Assembly: GCF_011745625.1 (NCBI RefSeq)
Contig: NW_027191477.1
Location: forward strand, 62,001-126,000
From: Cladosporium halotolerans
Taxonomy: Eukaryota
DNA length: 64,000 nt
Direction of reading: 5' to 3'
Part shown: positions 13,606-24,602 of the stretch, in pieces
How positions within the stretch are numbered: the first letter of the stretch is position 1
How the letters are laid out: every line of letters begins with the position of its first letter
Position numbers and translations under genes: made by a program
Notes under the pieces: model-generated
Databases searched by the model: none
Told to the model about the DNA's origin: nothing
What the model saw: the letters and a program-made list of their open reading frames with translations, nothing else

Positions 13606-16483
13606 CTACTTCGCGTTGCGTCCGTAGGGATCAAACCTGCCACCGCCACGACCGCCACGTCCGCCGCCGCGGTAGTTGGAGCCAGGCATGCCAGCATTCT
13701 TCGGTCCAGTCGGAGCATTGGCCGGAGCATTTCCAGGGGTCCCGCCGCCGCGCGGAGCAGCAGCGCCGCCGCCACCACGGCCTCCGCGGCCAGCGAATCC
13801 GCCGCGGTTGTTGTTATTGTTGTTGACGCCCGCGGGCGCCGGGACGTCGTCGTACATGCCGTCCCAGGCGGCGCCGGCGGCGAAGTTCTGGCCCTGCATG
13901 CGGGCCATCTGCTGGCGCTCGTACTTCTGCTGTTCGAAGGCCATCTGCTCCTGCGGGTTGAAACCGGCCTGCTGAGGCTGCTGTTGCGGTTGCTGTTGCT
14001 GGCCGGGGCCGGGGGAAGCGGAGCCAGGCATGCCGCCGCCCTGCTGGAACCCGCCGGCGCCGCCCATCTGCTGCATCATGCCTGGGTTCATGCCGCCGCC
14101 GTTAGCGCCGGGCTGCTGGCCGCCGCCGCGGCCCATGTTGGCCATCATTTGCTGCATCATCGCCGGGTTCTGCTGCATGGCGGCCATCTGCGGGTTCATG
14201 CCGCCTCCCATGCCGCCTCCCATGCCGCCGCCCTGCTGCATCGTCTGCTGCATCATCTGGAAATACTGCTGCATGCGCTGCCAGTACTGAGCCATCATGG
14301 CCGGGCTCATGGCATTAGCACCGCCGGCCTGAGCGGTCTGGTCCTGCTGAGCGCCGAAACCGCCCTGGTTGGCAGCGCCGCCTCTGCCAGCGCCGCCGAA
14401 GCGGCCGCCGCGACCGCCGCCGCCTTCCTCGCGCAGGTTGCCGCGGGGCTCGGCGCGCTTGACTTCGATGGGCTTTCCGTGGATGGCGAGGGGCTGGGAG
14501 AGGGCGCGCTCGACGGCCTGGTCGTCGTCGAAAGTGACAAAGCCGAAGCCACGGGGACGGCCAGTGTCCTTGTCCATCATAAGGGTGCAGTCAAGGACGT
14601 TACCGAAAGCGGCGAAGAACTGGCGGAAATCGGTCTCGGTGGCCTCCTGGGACACACCTCCGACAAAAATCTTGGAAGTCTTCTCCTGCTCATCACGCGG
14701 AATAGCGCGCTTGGGGTCGATCTGCGAGTGAGTGTTAGCTGGTGTAAGCTATAATGTGAGCTGCGATGTGCCATACCAGCTTGCCGTCAAGGAGATGCTC
14801 CTTGACCATAACGACGTTGACGACCTTGGGGTCCTTGAAGGTGAGGAAGCCAAAGCCACGCGAGCGTCCAGTGACGCCGTCGCGCATGACTGTGCATTCG
14901 GTGACTTCGCCGAATTGAGTGAAGTAATCCTTGAGTGATTCTAGATACTTGGTCAGAAAAGTGTCAGATCATATGTGAGTGATGGTGCTTACGATCTGTG
15001 GTCTCCCAGTTAAGGCCACCAATGAACATTTTCCTGTTGACATGTTAGCGATTAATTTCTCCGGTAACTCCAACCGAGCATTTTTGCTATCAGCGTGCGT
15101 GCAAGTGGCATCGTGTGCAAAGGCGAGAATAAGATCCAGGATCGCGGAAGCCGTTGCAAGTTTATACAGCCACGGTCCGCGTCGTCGGGGCTGGCAAGGC
15201 CAAGCTCTGTTTCGGGCAATTGCAGATATGTGTTCGACAACACAAGCCGAAGTTACGTGGGCGGTTGACGTCGAGCCGCGTAGAAAGAAGCATGATGTAT
15301 GCTCAAACGCCAGGCCATACAGAGTTCCGGCTTTGGTTGAGCCGTACGCCTACAAGCATCTTCTCATCGCCGCCTCGAGAACAACCCCCATGAGCCGCGC
15401 ATCAATTGTGCGTGCAAGCTGAGAGACAGACAGGATGGTGCTGCTTGTATGCTTCGTTATACGGAGCTGCATGTCCGCTGGCCGCTCTTAAAGAGCCGCA
15501 CAGCTGAGGTATATCCACTATCTTCTCATCTGCTTGCTAAGTAGCTGCGGTTATCGACTTGAAGCTATGGTTGCTGAAGACTGTATGGTATGTTCGACAA
15601 TTTCCAGAAGGCCAGGTTCTGCACGTTCCCCACGTGCGAGCAAAAATAAGAGTATACTGGCACCGCAATGCCGACCCAGTCCGCTTCCATGCCATCTTTT
15701 GACCCAATGCACCAAGCTTGCAACCTCCTCCAATCGTGTTCATCCAAGTGATGATATAGTCTGCCGTAGGTGTCGGCGACAAGGACTAGTGGCAATGTCC
15801 TTTGCAAGACTCATTCCATCCTCGGAACTGCAGTATCCTCGAGCCGCTTTGCTCTTCAGAGTACAGACCGGTCCAATGAACCTCCACTCGCTCTCAAAAC
15901 GTGCGAAACAGAACAAGCTCGAGTGGCAACCGAGCTTTTCGCTTCGTTCTACAAGGTCGCATGACCCACCGACCAGTTCCCAATATCACAAATTTTGGTC
16001 GTACGTGTCCGCGATAGAATCCAGAGGCAAATCCTCTCAGTAGTGTCTTGCACACCATGGCGCGCACATTGCACGCGCGCTGATAGTATACTGCTTTCGT
16101 TAGTAAGGGCGGTGAAACTCACCCGTCATCCTTCATGTGCACCGGGGTACGGTCGACTTCGGGTGCGGCTTCATAGCTAGGCTGAGCTGGGGCGGTGGCA
16201 ACGCCGTCCATCTCTTCAGCCGAGGGGTCAAAGGGCTTCGCATCATCGTCGTCCTGCTGCTGTGCGGGTGCGTTGCCGTTCGAGTCGGCTGCCGGAACGG
16301 ATGCCTCAGGCTCGGGCTTGGGCGCCTCGGTCGCAGGGCGGGCGGCTTCCGGTTCGACGTCCTCGCCGTCATAGCTGTGTGTGAGTTAGTCCTGCTGCTG
16401 CTACTGCTGCTGCTGGCTGCTGTTCGGTGTTCGCGGGGTGCTTACAGATCGGCGAAGAGATCCTCGTCGGCGGTGTCGGCCAT
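13606..16483 (-). CDS. HRP1: Two-RRM hnRNP/Musashi-type RNA-binding protein, Hrp1/Nab4-like
   Basis: [14 protein letters not shown]...[12 protein letters not shown]...[10 protein letters not shown]...KIFVGGV...[13 protein letters not shown]-rich and RGG tail, PY-NLS-like RFDPY. Introns 16375-16445, 15034-16122, 14941-14992, 14722-14776. Confidence 0.88.
16392..16421. repeat. (CTG)n microsatellite in HRP1 intron 1
   Basis: ctgctgctgctactgctgctgctggctgctg. Confidence 0.7.
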
Positions 16484-17045
16484 GGTGATGGTCGTGTGCG
16501 CGAGTCTCGAGTGTGGGTGTGAGTGAATGCCGACCGGTGAGGGTGAGCAGCTTAGGGAGCGACTCAGTGCGCGCGCGCGGTCGCTCGCGGGTCGGGATGT
16601 AGTATGCGAAAGTGGTGGTAGAGGGAGGAAAGGTGAGGAGACGAGAAGTGGAGGTGGTGAGGAGAAGGTTGTGGTGGATGCGAGGAGGAGGTGATGGAGG
16701 TTGTTGTCAGCGCGAGCGAGCTCTTAGTGAAGCGGGCTGCGGTCGCGGCGGCCGGCAACAAAGGCGGGCAAAGGCGGGCCGAAGCCGTCGATCAGCCGGG
16801 GCGACGCGGGCGACGCTGGTGGCTGCCCGCAATCGTAAGGTTGCCGCGGCGGGCCAGTGCTGTCATGAGCACATGAGCGACTACTGACCGCATACCGCAT
16901 ACCGCGACCGCATTGATGGATGGCGCGCCTGCATTGTACAACGCCTGCATGTTAACGTCGACATGAATTTCCAGAAGCCGTCTCAGCAGGTAAGCAGCAT
17001 TCACTGCTGGCAGTCACACTCATCCGTCTAACGCGTATACAGGAG

Positions 17046-19059
17046 ATGGTCCAGGTCGGTTCGTATCCAGCCCGCATAGCAACCGAGATCAACTCAGGCT
17101 AACGTCCACCTTTACGATGCTAAAGACCGATCTGAGTATGCACATTTACAAGACTCCTATTATTGTATTTCCAAAATGCTCATCCCAGTTCTAGATCTGC
17201 GTCTCCGTTCTGGCGCACGGCGAGCGCCAACAGCCAGCGCGACAAGCGACAACAACATACATCTCTCCCCGAGAAAGAGCGCAAAGTGATTGGCGCAAGT
17301 TATTCGCATGCCGACATCTTGAATTTCAGCAATCTGTACGTCTTCTCTCAGCGACTAGCAGCGTCACCGCTAATTGAGCAAGCAATCTATCGAGCAACTC
17401 GCGACCACGAACCCCTCCAACGCTCTCGAGGAACAAAAGCACGCCTCCTCCGAATACAACCGCTTCGCCTCCTCAGCGGCGCATGTACACAAGCTTTCTC
17501 TCGAGTTCAGAAGACGTCCGCGTCGCGGAGCAAGATGGGGAAGATGAGGATCTCGGCTTTGATGAGGACGAGGACGAGTTCGGTCTGCCCAGCATAGCTT
17601 CCATGCGGCGGAAGGGCAAGAGGACACTCAACAAACCTGCGAGGGAGTACGCAAACGCCACGAATACAGCGAACAACCTGCGGAACGGCAACAATGCGGC
17701 GAGTACGCTGGCTAATTGGGCACTGGACAATGGAGATGTCGCGGAAGAGCGCACACTCCCCACCTATCCTTCAGCGAAAAAGATCGAAGGCAAGATCCTC
17801 AGACCGCAGTACAAGGATATCCTACGAGATCCGGCAAACTCGTTACACCTCATAAGCCATCCACCAGTGCCTCCAGGCGCGTCGGCCAAAGAGTTGGAGG
17901 CGCATTCCGCGCGGATAACACGCATTAACAAGTTCAAGCGAATCTTGCAGGCATCTACGATCAACGTTGGCGAATTGCGGGAGGCTGCATGGTCAGGGCT
18001 GCCATCGGAGGTCAGAGCGATGTCATGGCAGTTGCTCCTTGGATATCTGCCGACCAGCAGCGAACGACGCGTTGCCACGCTGGAGCGAAAACGCAAAGAG
18101 TACCTCGACGGTGTACGACAGGCTTTCGATCGAGGCGGTGCCAGTAATTTCGTACCCGCGACAGGTCTCGCTGCGCTGCAATCATCGCCGGCTTCGCAAT
18201 TGCGTGGCAAAAACAGAGGGCTTGATGAAGCAGTGTGGCACCAGATCAGCATCGACGTCCCGCGGACAAATCCACACCTCGAGCTCTACAGCTACGAAGC
18301 GACGCAGCGGAGTCTGGAGCGAATACTGTATTTGTGGGCGATTCGACATCCCGCGTCTGGTTACGTTCAAGGAATCAACGATCTTGTCACACCTTTCTGG
18401 CAAGTATTCCTGGGCCAATACGTCACGGATTCAGAAGTGGATTCGGGCATGGATCCAGGGCAACTGCCAAAAGCCGTCCTGGACGCTGTCGAAGCGGACA
18501 GCTTCTGGTGTCTGACCAAACTTCTCGATGGCATCCAGGACAACTACATCCACGCTCAGCCAGGCATCCAACGGCAAGTCGCTGCGTTGCGTGACCTGAC
18601 AGCGAGGATAGATGGCACATTAGCCAAGCACATGGAGCGGGAAGGAGTCGAATTCATCCAGTTCAGTTTCAGGTGGATGAACTGCCTTCTCATGCGTGAG
18701 ATCAGCGTGAAGAACACAATAAGAATGTGGGACACGTATCTTGTGAGTGCAACCCTTACAGCCGACTCACAAATCGAATACAACAAAGCTAACCAACCGT
18801 CAATCCGTAGGCTGAAGACCAAGGCTTCTCCGCCTTCCACCTCTACGTGTGCGCCGCCTTCCTCGTCAAATGGTCGGACAAGCTCTGCAAAATGGACTTC
18901 CAGGAGATCATGATGTTCCTGCAGGCCCTGCCAACGAAGAACTGGACTGAGAAAGACATCGAGCTCCTGCTCAGCGAGGCGTTCATCTGGCAGAGTCTCT
19001 TCAAGAATAGCCAGGCACATGTGCAGAAACGAGAGGGCGCCGGCACGCTCACCTTGTGA
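17046..19059 (+). CDS. GYP1: TBC-domain Rab GTPase-activating protein
   Basis: QISIDVPRT, GYVQGINDL, EADSFWC, QFSFRWMNCLLMRE. Proposed exons 17046-17058, 17126-17135, 17195-17335, 17383-18742, 18811-19059; the 5' exons are less certain. Confidence 0.9.
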
Positions 19060-19238
19060 GGGAAGCCGCTGATGAGATGAGGAACGATGAGATGACAACA
19101 CACTTAGCATAGGGGATCCGCGGATCTTTCCCAAAAGACTAACTCCATTAATGTTCAAAGGTCGCCGCTTCCAGCGGATCGATCATCGCTTTCCATTCAA
19201 GCATTCATTCGTTCATTCGTTCCCACACCACCATCCAA

Positions 19239-20350
19239 TCATACACCATTCACAACCTTCCCTTCCCCCTCCCCACCCCCAATAACAACCAACCCCTCCC
19301 TCGGCGGCGAAAACTGCCTCAAGCTGACCCCCGCCTCGCTGAAAATCCTCGCCGCCTCCTCATCCATATGATAGCTATTGCTAAACACGACCTCGGCAAT
19401 CCCCACCTGCACAATCTTAATGCTGCACGTCAAGCACGGACACGTATTGCAATACAACACCGCGCCACCGCCAACCCTCTCCCTCCCGGCCTCCAGCAGC
19501 GCGTTCTCCTCCGCGTGGATGCAAAGGCACGTCGAGAGCGCCAGCCCGCCCGCGGAGCCCGCGGCGTCGTTGCAGCGCGGGCAGCCGCCGGAAGCGCAGT
19601 TGGTCAGGTGGCGCGGCGTGCCGTTGTAGCCCGTGCTGATGACGCGGTGGGCGCGCACGAGGACGCAGCCGACCTGGCGGCGCATGCAGTTGCTGCGGCG
19701 GGCGGCGAGCGACGCGAGCGTCATGTAGTAGTGGTCCCAGCTGGGGCGGAGGCGGGCGGGGTCCGGGAGGTTGAGGGCGGCGAGGGAGGCGTGCAGGGCT
19801 GCGAGGGAGGGGGCGGAGTTGAGGATTTTGATCTGGGCGCGGGAGGCGAGGGAGGCGAGGCCGGTGGCGGGCGAGTAGTGGTGTTCGTCGTTGCGGAGGA
19901 CGAACTGCTCGAGGGTTGGGGGCGGGAGGGAGGCGGACTCGCAGCGGGTGCGGAAGCGGGCCCAGCGGGCGCTGATGGGGCTGTCGACGTGGAGGAGGAT
20001 GAAGAGGGGGCGGCGGGAGAGGACGTCGAAGGTGTGTTCGTTGTGGATGGAGGTCGTGACGAAGTCTTCTTGCCAGTGCTTGGTTGCGTAGTCGAGGAGG
20101 TCGTCGACGGTGGCGAAGGTCTGCGGTGCGGGCGTGGTCTCTGCTGAGGGGATGGAGGCTTCAGAGGCGCTTTTCTCCACGCTGGGAGTGCCGGCGGGAC
20201 GGTCGATCTTGAGGGGTCGGAACCCGTGTTGTTCGATGAGGTATTGTTGGATGGACGATTTTCCGGCACAAATGCCTAGCGAGAGTTAGTATCATTTTGT
20301 TTATCATGAGAAAGTTTATGCTACTAACCGCCGCATATGCCGATGAGCAT
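19239..20350 (-). CDS. DCD1: dCMP deaminase with N-terminal P-loop-like domain
   Basis: RPSWDHYYM, RSNCMRRQVG, TGYNGTP, HAEENA, PCLTC. Intron 20276-20328 after MLIGICG. Confidence 0.93.
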
Positions 20351-20540
20351 GGCTGATGGATTTGGTGTGTATAGAGTCTTGTTGGGTGTTCAACGTTGTG
20401 TTTAGACGGATAACCTTGAATGCAGAGTCTCGTGTCTCGATCATAAGTAATTAGGATACATATTCACACAGTATACATAGTCTTGGCGACACTCAGCGAA
20501 AGTGAAGTCCAAGCACAAAGTCCAGTCCAAGCACGCACCG

Positions 20541-20546
20541 ACGCGT
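20541..20546. promoter_or_regulatory. MCB-type element (ACGCGT) in the DCD1/ATG7 divergent promoter
   Basis: Exact ACGCGT about 190 bp upstream of DCD1, a dNTP-metabolism gene. Function is inferred. Confidence 0.35.
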
Positions 20547-20816
20547 CCGACCGGCGTCCGGCGCGCGCGTGCTTCGCTCGGTTCCTGCAGCGGCAGCCCC
20601 GCAGGATGATGCTGCTGCTATAAGCTCTCGTCACCTGCGCCATATCACTCATCCGCCCCCAGGCGTGACCACTGCTTATAGTCCCCTGACCTCTTCTTCG
20701 CACTCACACCTACTACACTGCCGACTGGCAAAAGTCACCGTGCATGAAGGCCACACCGGACGACCAAACCAACCACCTCCACACACATCACCGAAGCGCA
20801 TCACCCCGCAGCAGCC

Positions 20817-23352
20817 ATGTCGGTGCCCCTCCAGTACGCGCCGTGGATCTCCGACATCGAGCTCGCCTTCTACTCCGCGCTCGCCTCGATCAAGATCAAC
20901 CATGACAAGCTCGACTCCTCCGCGCGCAAGGTGCTCGGCCTCTATGAGATCAACCCGAAAGACGCGCCCGAACGCTCCACCCGCATGCAAATCCACGGCA
21001 ATGCGCTGACGACAGACGAGTAAGTGCGGTATGCGCGACGGATGATCGGATGGCCATGTTGACGCCTGCTGCAGAAATCCGCTCAACTACTACCGGGCCG
21101 AAGGCATAATTCGCAATTTCAACACGATCGAGGAATTCCGGCAAGTCGACAAGGCGGCGCTTGTGGAGCGAGCCGGCAAGACGATTTGGGAAGCTGTGAA
21201 CGACGGGACGATCTACTCGTGTCCTTCTTTGTTGACGTCCTTTTCCGCCATCTGCTTCGCCGATCTGAAGAAGTACAAATTCACATACCATTTCGCATTC
21301 CCGGCACTGCACTCAGACCCGCAGTGGAGGATCGTAACGCCAGGAGAAGACGTGCAAAGCGGAATCACAAAGCTCGGCTCAAGGGAGACAACAGCACTTG
21401 TCGATACAGTGCAAACATGGCGGTACAGTGTGGACACGCGACAGCATGGCTTCTTCCTGGCGAAGCGAATGAGAAAGGATATGTTGGAGATGTACAATGA
21501 CAGTTTGGAAGAGGAAGACGGCAACCTCCACAAGCAGAAGGAGGCAATCACACCTACAGTTGACGAAATCGGTTTCAGATGGTCGGTTGGCTCGCTGGCA
21601 AGTTACGAGAATGGCTTCTTCAATCACGCTGAGCCTGAAGACCGCTTTGTGTGCTTCGCGGACCCTTCAAATTATGCCTCAAATCCTGGATGGATGTTGC
21701 GTAATCTCCTCATCTTGGTGCGACAAAGGTGGCATCTCGACGATGTGCAGATCATGTGCTATAGGGACACTCATGCTCGACGGGAGCATCCTAACAGTCT
21801 GATCATGACACTAAAGTCGGCCAGCCCCGTTCACAAGGATCTCACGCCGCAAAAGCTCAGCAGAGACATCCCCACAATGAAGTCCTCATCAGCCTTGTCG
21901 CCAGACGATGTGGACGCATTCGGAGAGTTGATAGAGAGACCCAAGGAGCCTGCTCAACCCGAACCGAAGCCTTCGCCACCTCGAGAAAAGTCGCCTCCGA
22001 AGCTGCCTCCACTTCCGAAGGTGACAGGATGGGAACGTACGGAGCATAACAAGCTTTCGTCGCGAACAGTCGACCTTGCAGCATATCTCGACCCTGCCAG
22101 ATTGGCAGACCAAGCAGTGGATCTCAACCTCAAACTGATCAAATGGCGCATATCTCCCTCGATCGACCTCGAAACAATCAAGCACACATCATGTCTATTG
22201 CTCGGCGCAGGTACGCTGGGATCTTACGTTGCTCGGAATCTAATGGGTTGGGGTGTAAGGAGGATCACCATTGTCGACAACGCCCGAGTAAGCTATAGTA
22301 ACCCTGTGCGGCAACCGCTGTACAATTTTCAAGACTGTCAGAAAGGCGGCGCAAGGAAAGCAGAGAGGGCAGCCGAAGCGTTGAAGGAGATCTATCCTGG
22401 TGTCAATGCGCAAGGCCACAGTATCAGCGTGCCCATGGCCGGGCATCCTATCCTGGACGAGGACAAAGTGCATAAGGATTTCACCAAACTGAAACAGCTC
22501 ATCGACGACCATGACGCGATCTTCTTACTCATGGACACCCGAGAAAGCCGATGGCTGCCAACGCTGATGGGCAAGGCAGCTGGCAAAGTCGTAATTAACG
22601 CCGCGCTCGGCTTCGACACCTACGTCGTCATGCGCCACGGCCAACGAGTCATCACGAAGACCTCTCAAACCGCTGAAGGCACCACAGTTGCCCACGCCGA
22701 CGACCTCCCCTCGCCTGTCAGAGCTGCCGCGTCTGACCCCATTGAAGCCCCCAAATCGCGCAAGTCTTCCGAACTCCACCGCAAACCCTCCCCAACAACG
22801 TCAGAAGGCGTCGAGCTCGGCTGCTACTTCTGCACCGACGTCGTCGCACCCGCCGACAGTCTGAAATCCGCTACACTCGACCAGCAATGCACGGTGACCC
22901 GCCCTGGCTGTGCGCCGCTCGCTTCTGCGCTCGCCGTCGAGCTCCTCGTCAGCATAACGCAGCACCGCCTCCGCGGCCGCGCGCCGGCTCCAGCCCCGAA
23001 TCCCAGCTCACACAACTCGATTCTCCCCGCGCCGCCCACCGACCCCTCGCTCCCCGACTCTCACCCCCTAGGCACTGTCCCGCACACGCTGCGCGGCTAC
23101 CTCAGCACATGGCAGACGCTGGCCGTCGTCGGCAGTGCGTACGACTGCTGCGCGGCGTGCTCGGCGGGTGTGCTGGCTCTGTACGAGCGGGATGGGTGGG
23201 ACTTCGTCAAGCGGGCGGTCAACGAGAAAGGGTATGTTGAGGAAGTGTCTGGGCTTGCGGAGGTGCAGAGGCGTGCGGACGAGGTGGCACGCGCGATGGA
23301 AGCTGAGGAAGAGGATGAGGTTTGGGATGAGGAGGAGGGGGAGTTGGTTTGA
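20817..23352 (+). CDS. ATG7: Autophagy E1-like enzyme
   Basis: [55 protein letters not shown]. Intron 21020-21074. Confidence 0.96.
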
Positions 23353-23855
23353 TGGGTTCGATGACTGGCGTTTGGAGGGAGGGGATGGTGAAATCTGGGA
23401 ATGAAAGGTTTTCTTTTAGGGAGGGTCTCTTGCTTGTGAGTTGAGCAGAGCGTATGGATTGAAGTGTCGAACGAGAGAAATGCAAATTGACCATTGCCAT
23501 CGGTCTTTCTCAGTACTCTTTATCAGTTTCATTGCAGACCATCACCTGACGCTCGTAGGGGTTGAGGGTTGAAGGCTTAGAGAACTGCCCAACCTTACTG
23601 CAATCATTCGAGTGACCAGAGAAACACTTGTACCTGAAATGCCAAATTCACCGTGCAACAAGGCGAGGTAAGGTAGGTTGATGTTGATGGTGTAGGCCGG
23701 CGAGCGGACGGAAGTCCGAGGCATCTCCGCATGGAGGCAATCCAGATGATCGACCGGCGCCAACAGCATCATCTCCAAAATAATTTCCCAAACATACTCC
23801 CGGCCGTATCTCTACACAAAGCGAGCACCATCTGGCACAACCGGTCTCGCCAACC

Positions 23856-24602
23856 ATGTCACTCCGCAACAGCCTCCTGCGCGCCCCCGCGACTCTCCGA
23901 CCTCTCCTCGTCCAACAACCTGCCCGCGCCCTCTACCACTCCTACGAACACAGCCCAGCGCCTCCCTACCCAGAAACCGAAACAAAGATCCTCTCGTCCG
24001 CTCTCACCCATGTTCCCACCCACGGCTTCACGCAAGAAGCCCTCAACCTCGGCGCCCGCGACGCCGGCTACCTGGACATCAGCACAAACCTCTTCCGCAA
24101 AGGCGCCTTCGACCTGATCCTCTACTACCTTGTAACGCAGCGCCTCGCCCTCGCCAACCGCGTGCAATTCCCCGACACCACTACAGGTGTCGGCCTCAAG
24201 GTCCGCTCGCTGACGATGTCCCGACTGCGCGCGAACGGCGAAGCAGGCGTAGTGCCGCACTGGACAGGCGCGCTGGGCCACATGTCGCTGGCGGAGAATA
24301 TCCCGGCGTCGCTGCGCGAGCTGGCCAAGCTGAGCGACGAGATCTGGTTCCTGGCGGGCGACAAAGCGGTGGATGCGTCGTGGTACACGAAGCGGGCGAC
24401 GCTGTCGAGCGTGTACGCCGCGGCGGAGATGTACCAGACGCAGGACCAGAGCACGGACTTCAAGGATACGGAGGCGTTTTTGGACAGGCGGTTGGAGGAG
24501 GTGAGGGTCATGGGTAGTGCGGTTGGGGGGACGATGCAGTGGGCGGGTTTTCAGGCGGGGGCTGTGGTTAACTTGCTGAGGAGTAAGGGGATGAGGATAT
24601 AA
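23856..24602 (+). CDS. COQ9: Ubiquinone biosynthesis protein, mitochondrial
   Basis: LSDEIWFLAGD...SWYTKRATL...QDQSTDFKDTEAFLDRRL, with an Arg-rich presequence. Confidence 0.93.
   Translation: MSLRNSLLRAPATLRPLLVQQPARALYHSYEHSPAPPYPETETKILSSALTHVPTHGFTQEALNLGARDAGYLDISTNLFRKGAFDLILYYLVTQRLALANRVQFPDTTTGVGLKVRSLTMSRLRANGEAGVVPHWTGALGHMSLAENIPASLRELAKLSDEIWFLAGDKAVDASWYTKRATLSSVYAAAEMYQTQDQSTDFKDTEAFLDRRLEEVRVMGSAVGGTMQWAGFQAGAVVNLLRSKGMRI

Noticed and set aside
13476..13826. Plus-strand ORF with LDLSDP repeats, and the minus-strand RQVQQV frame
   Set aside because: Alternative readings of the 9-bp repeat; its variable bases fall on non-synonymous positions in these frames.
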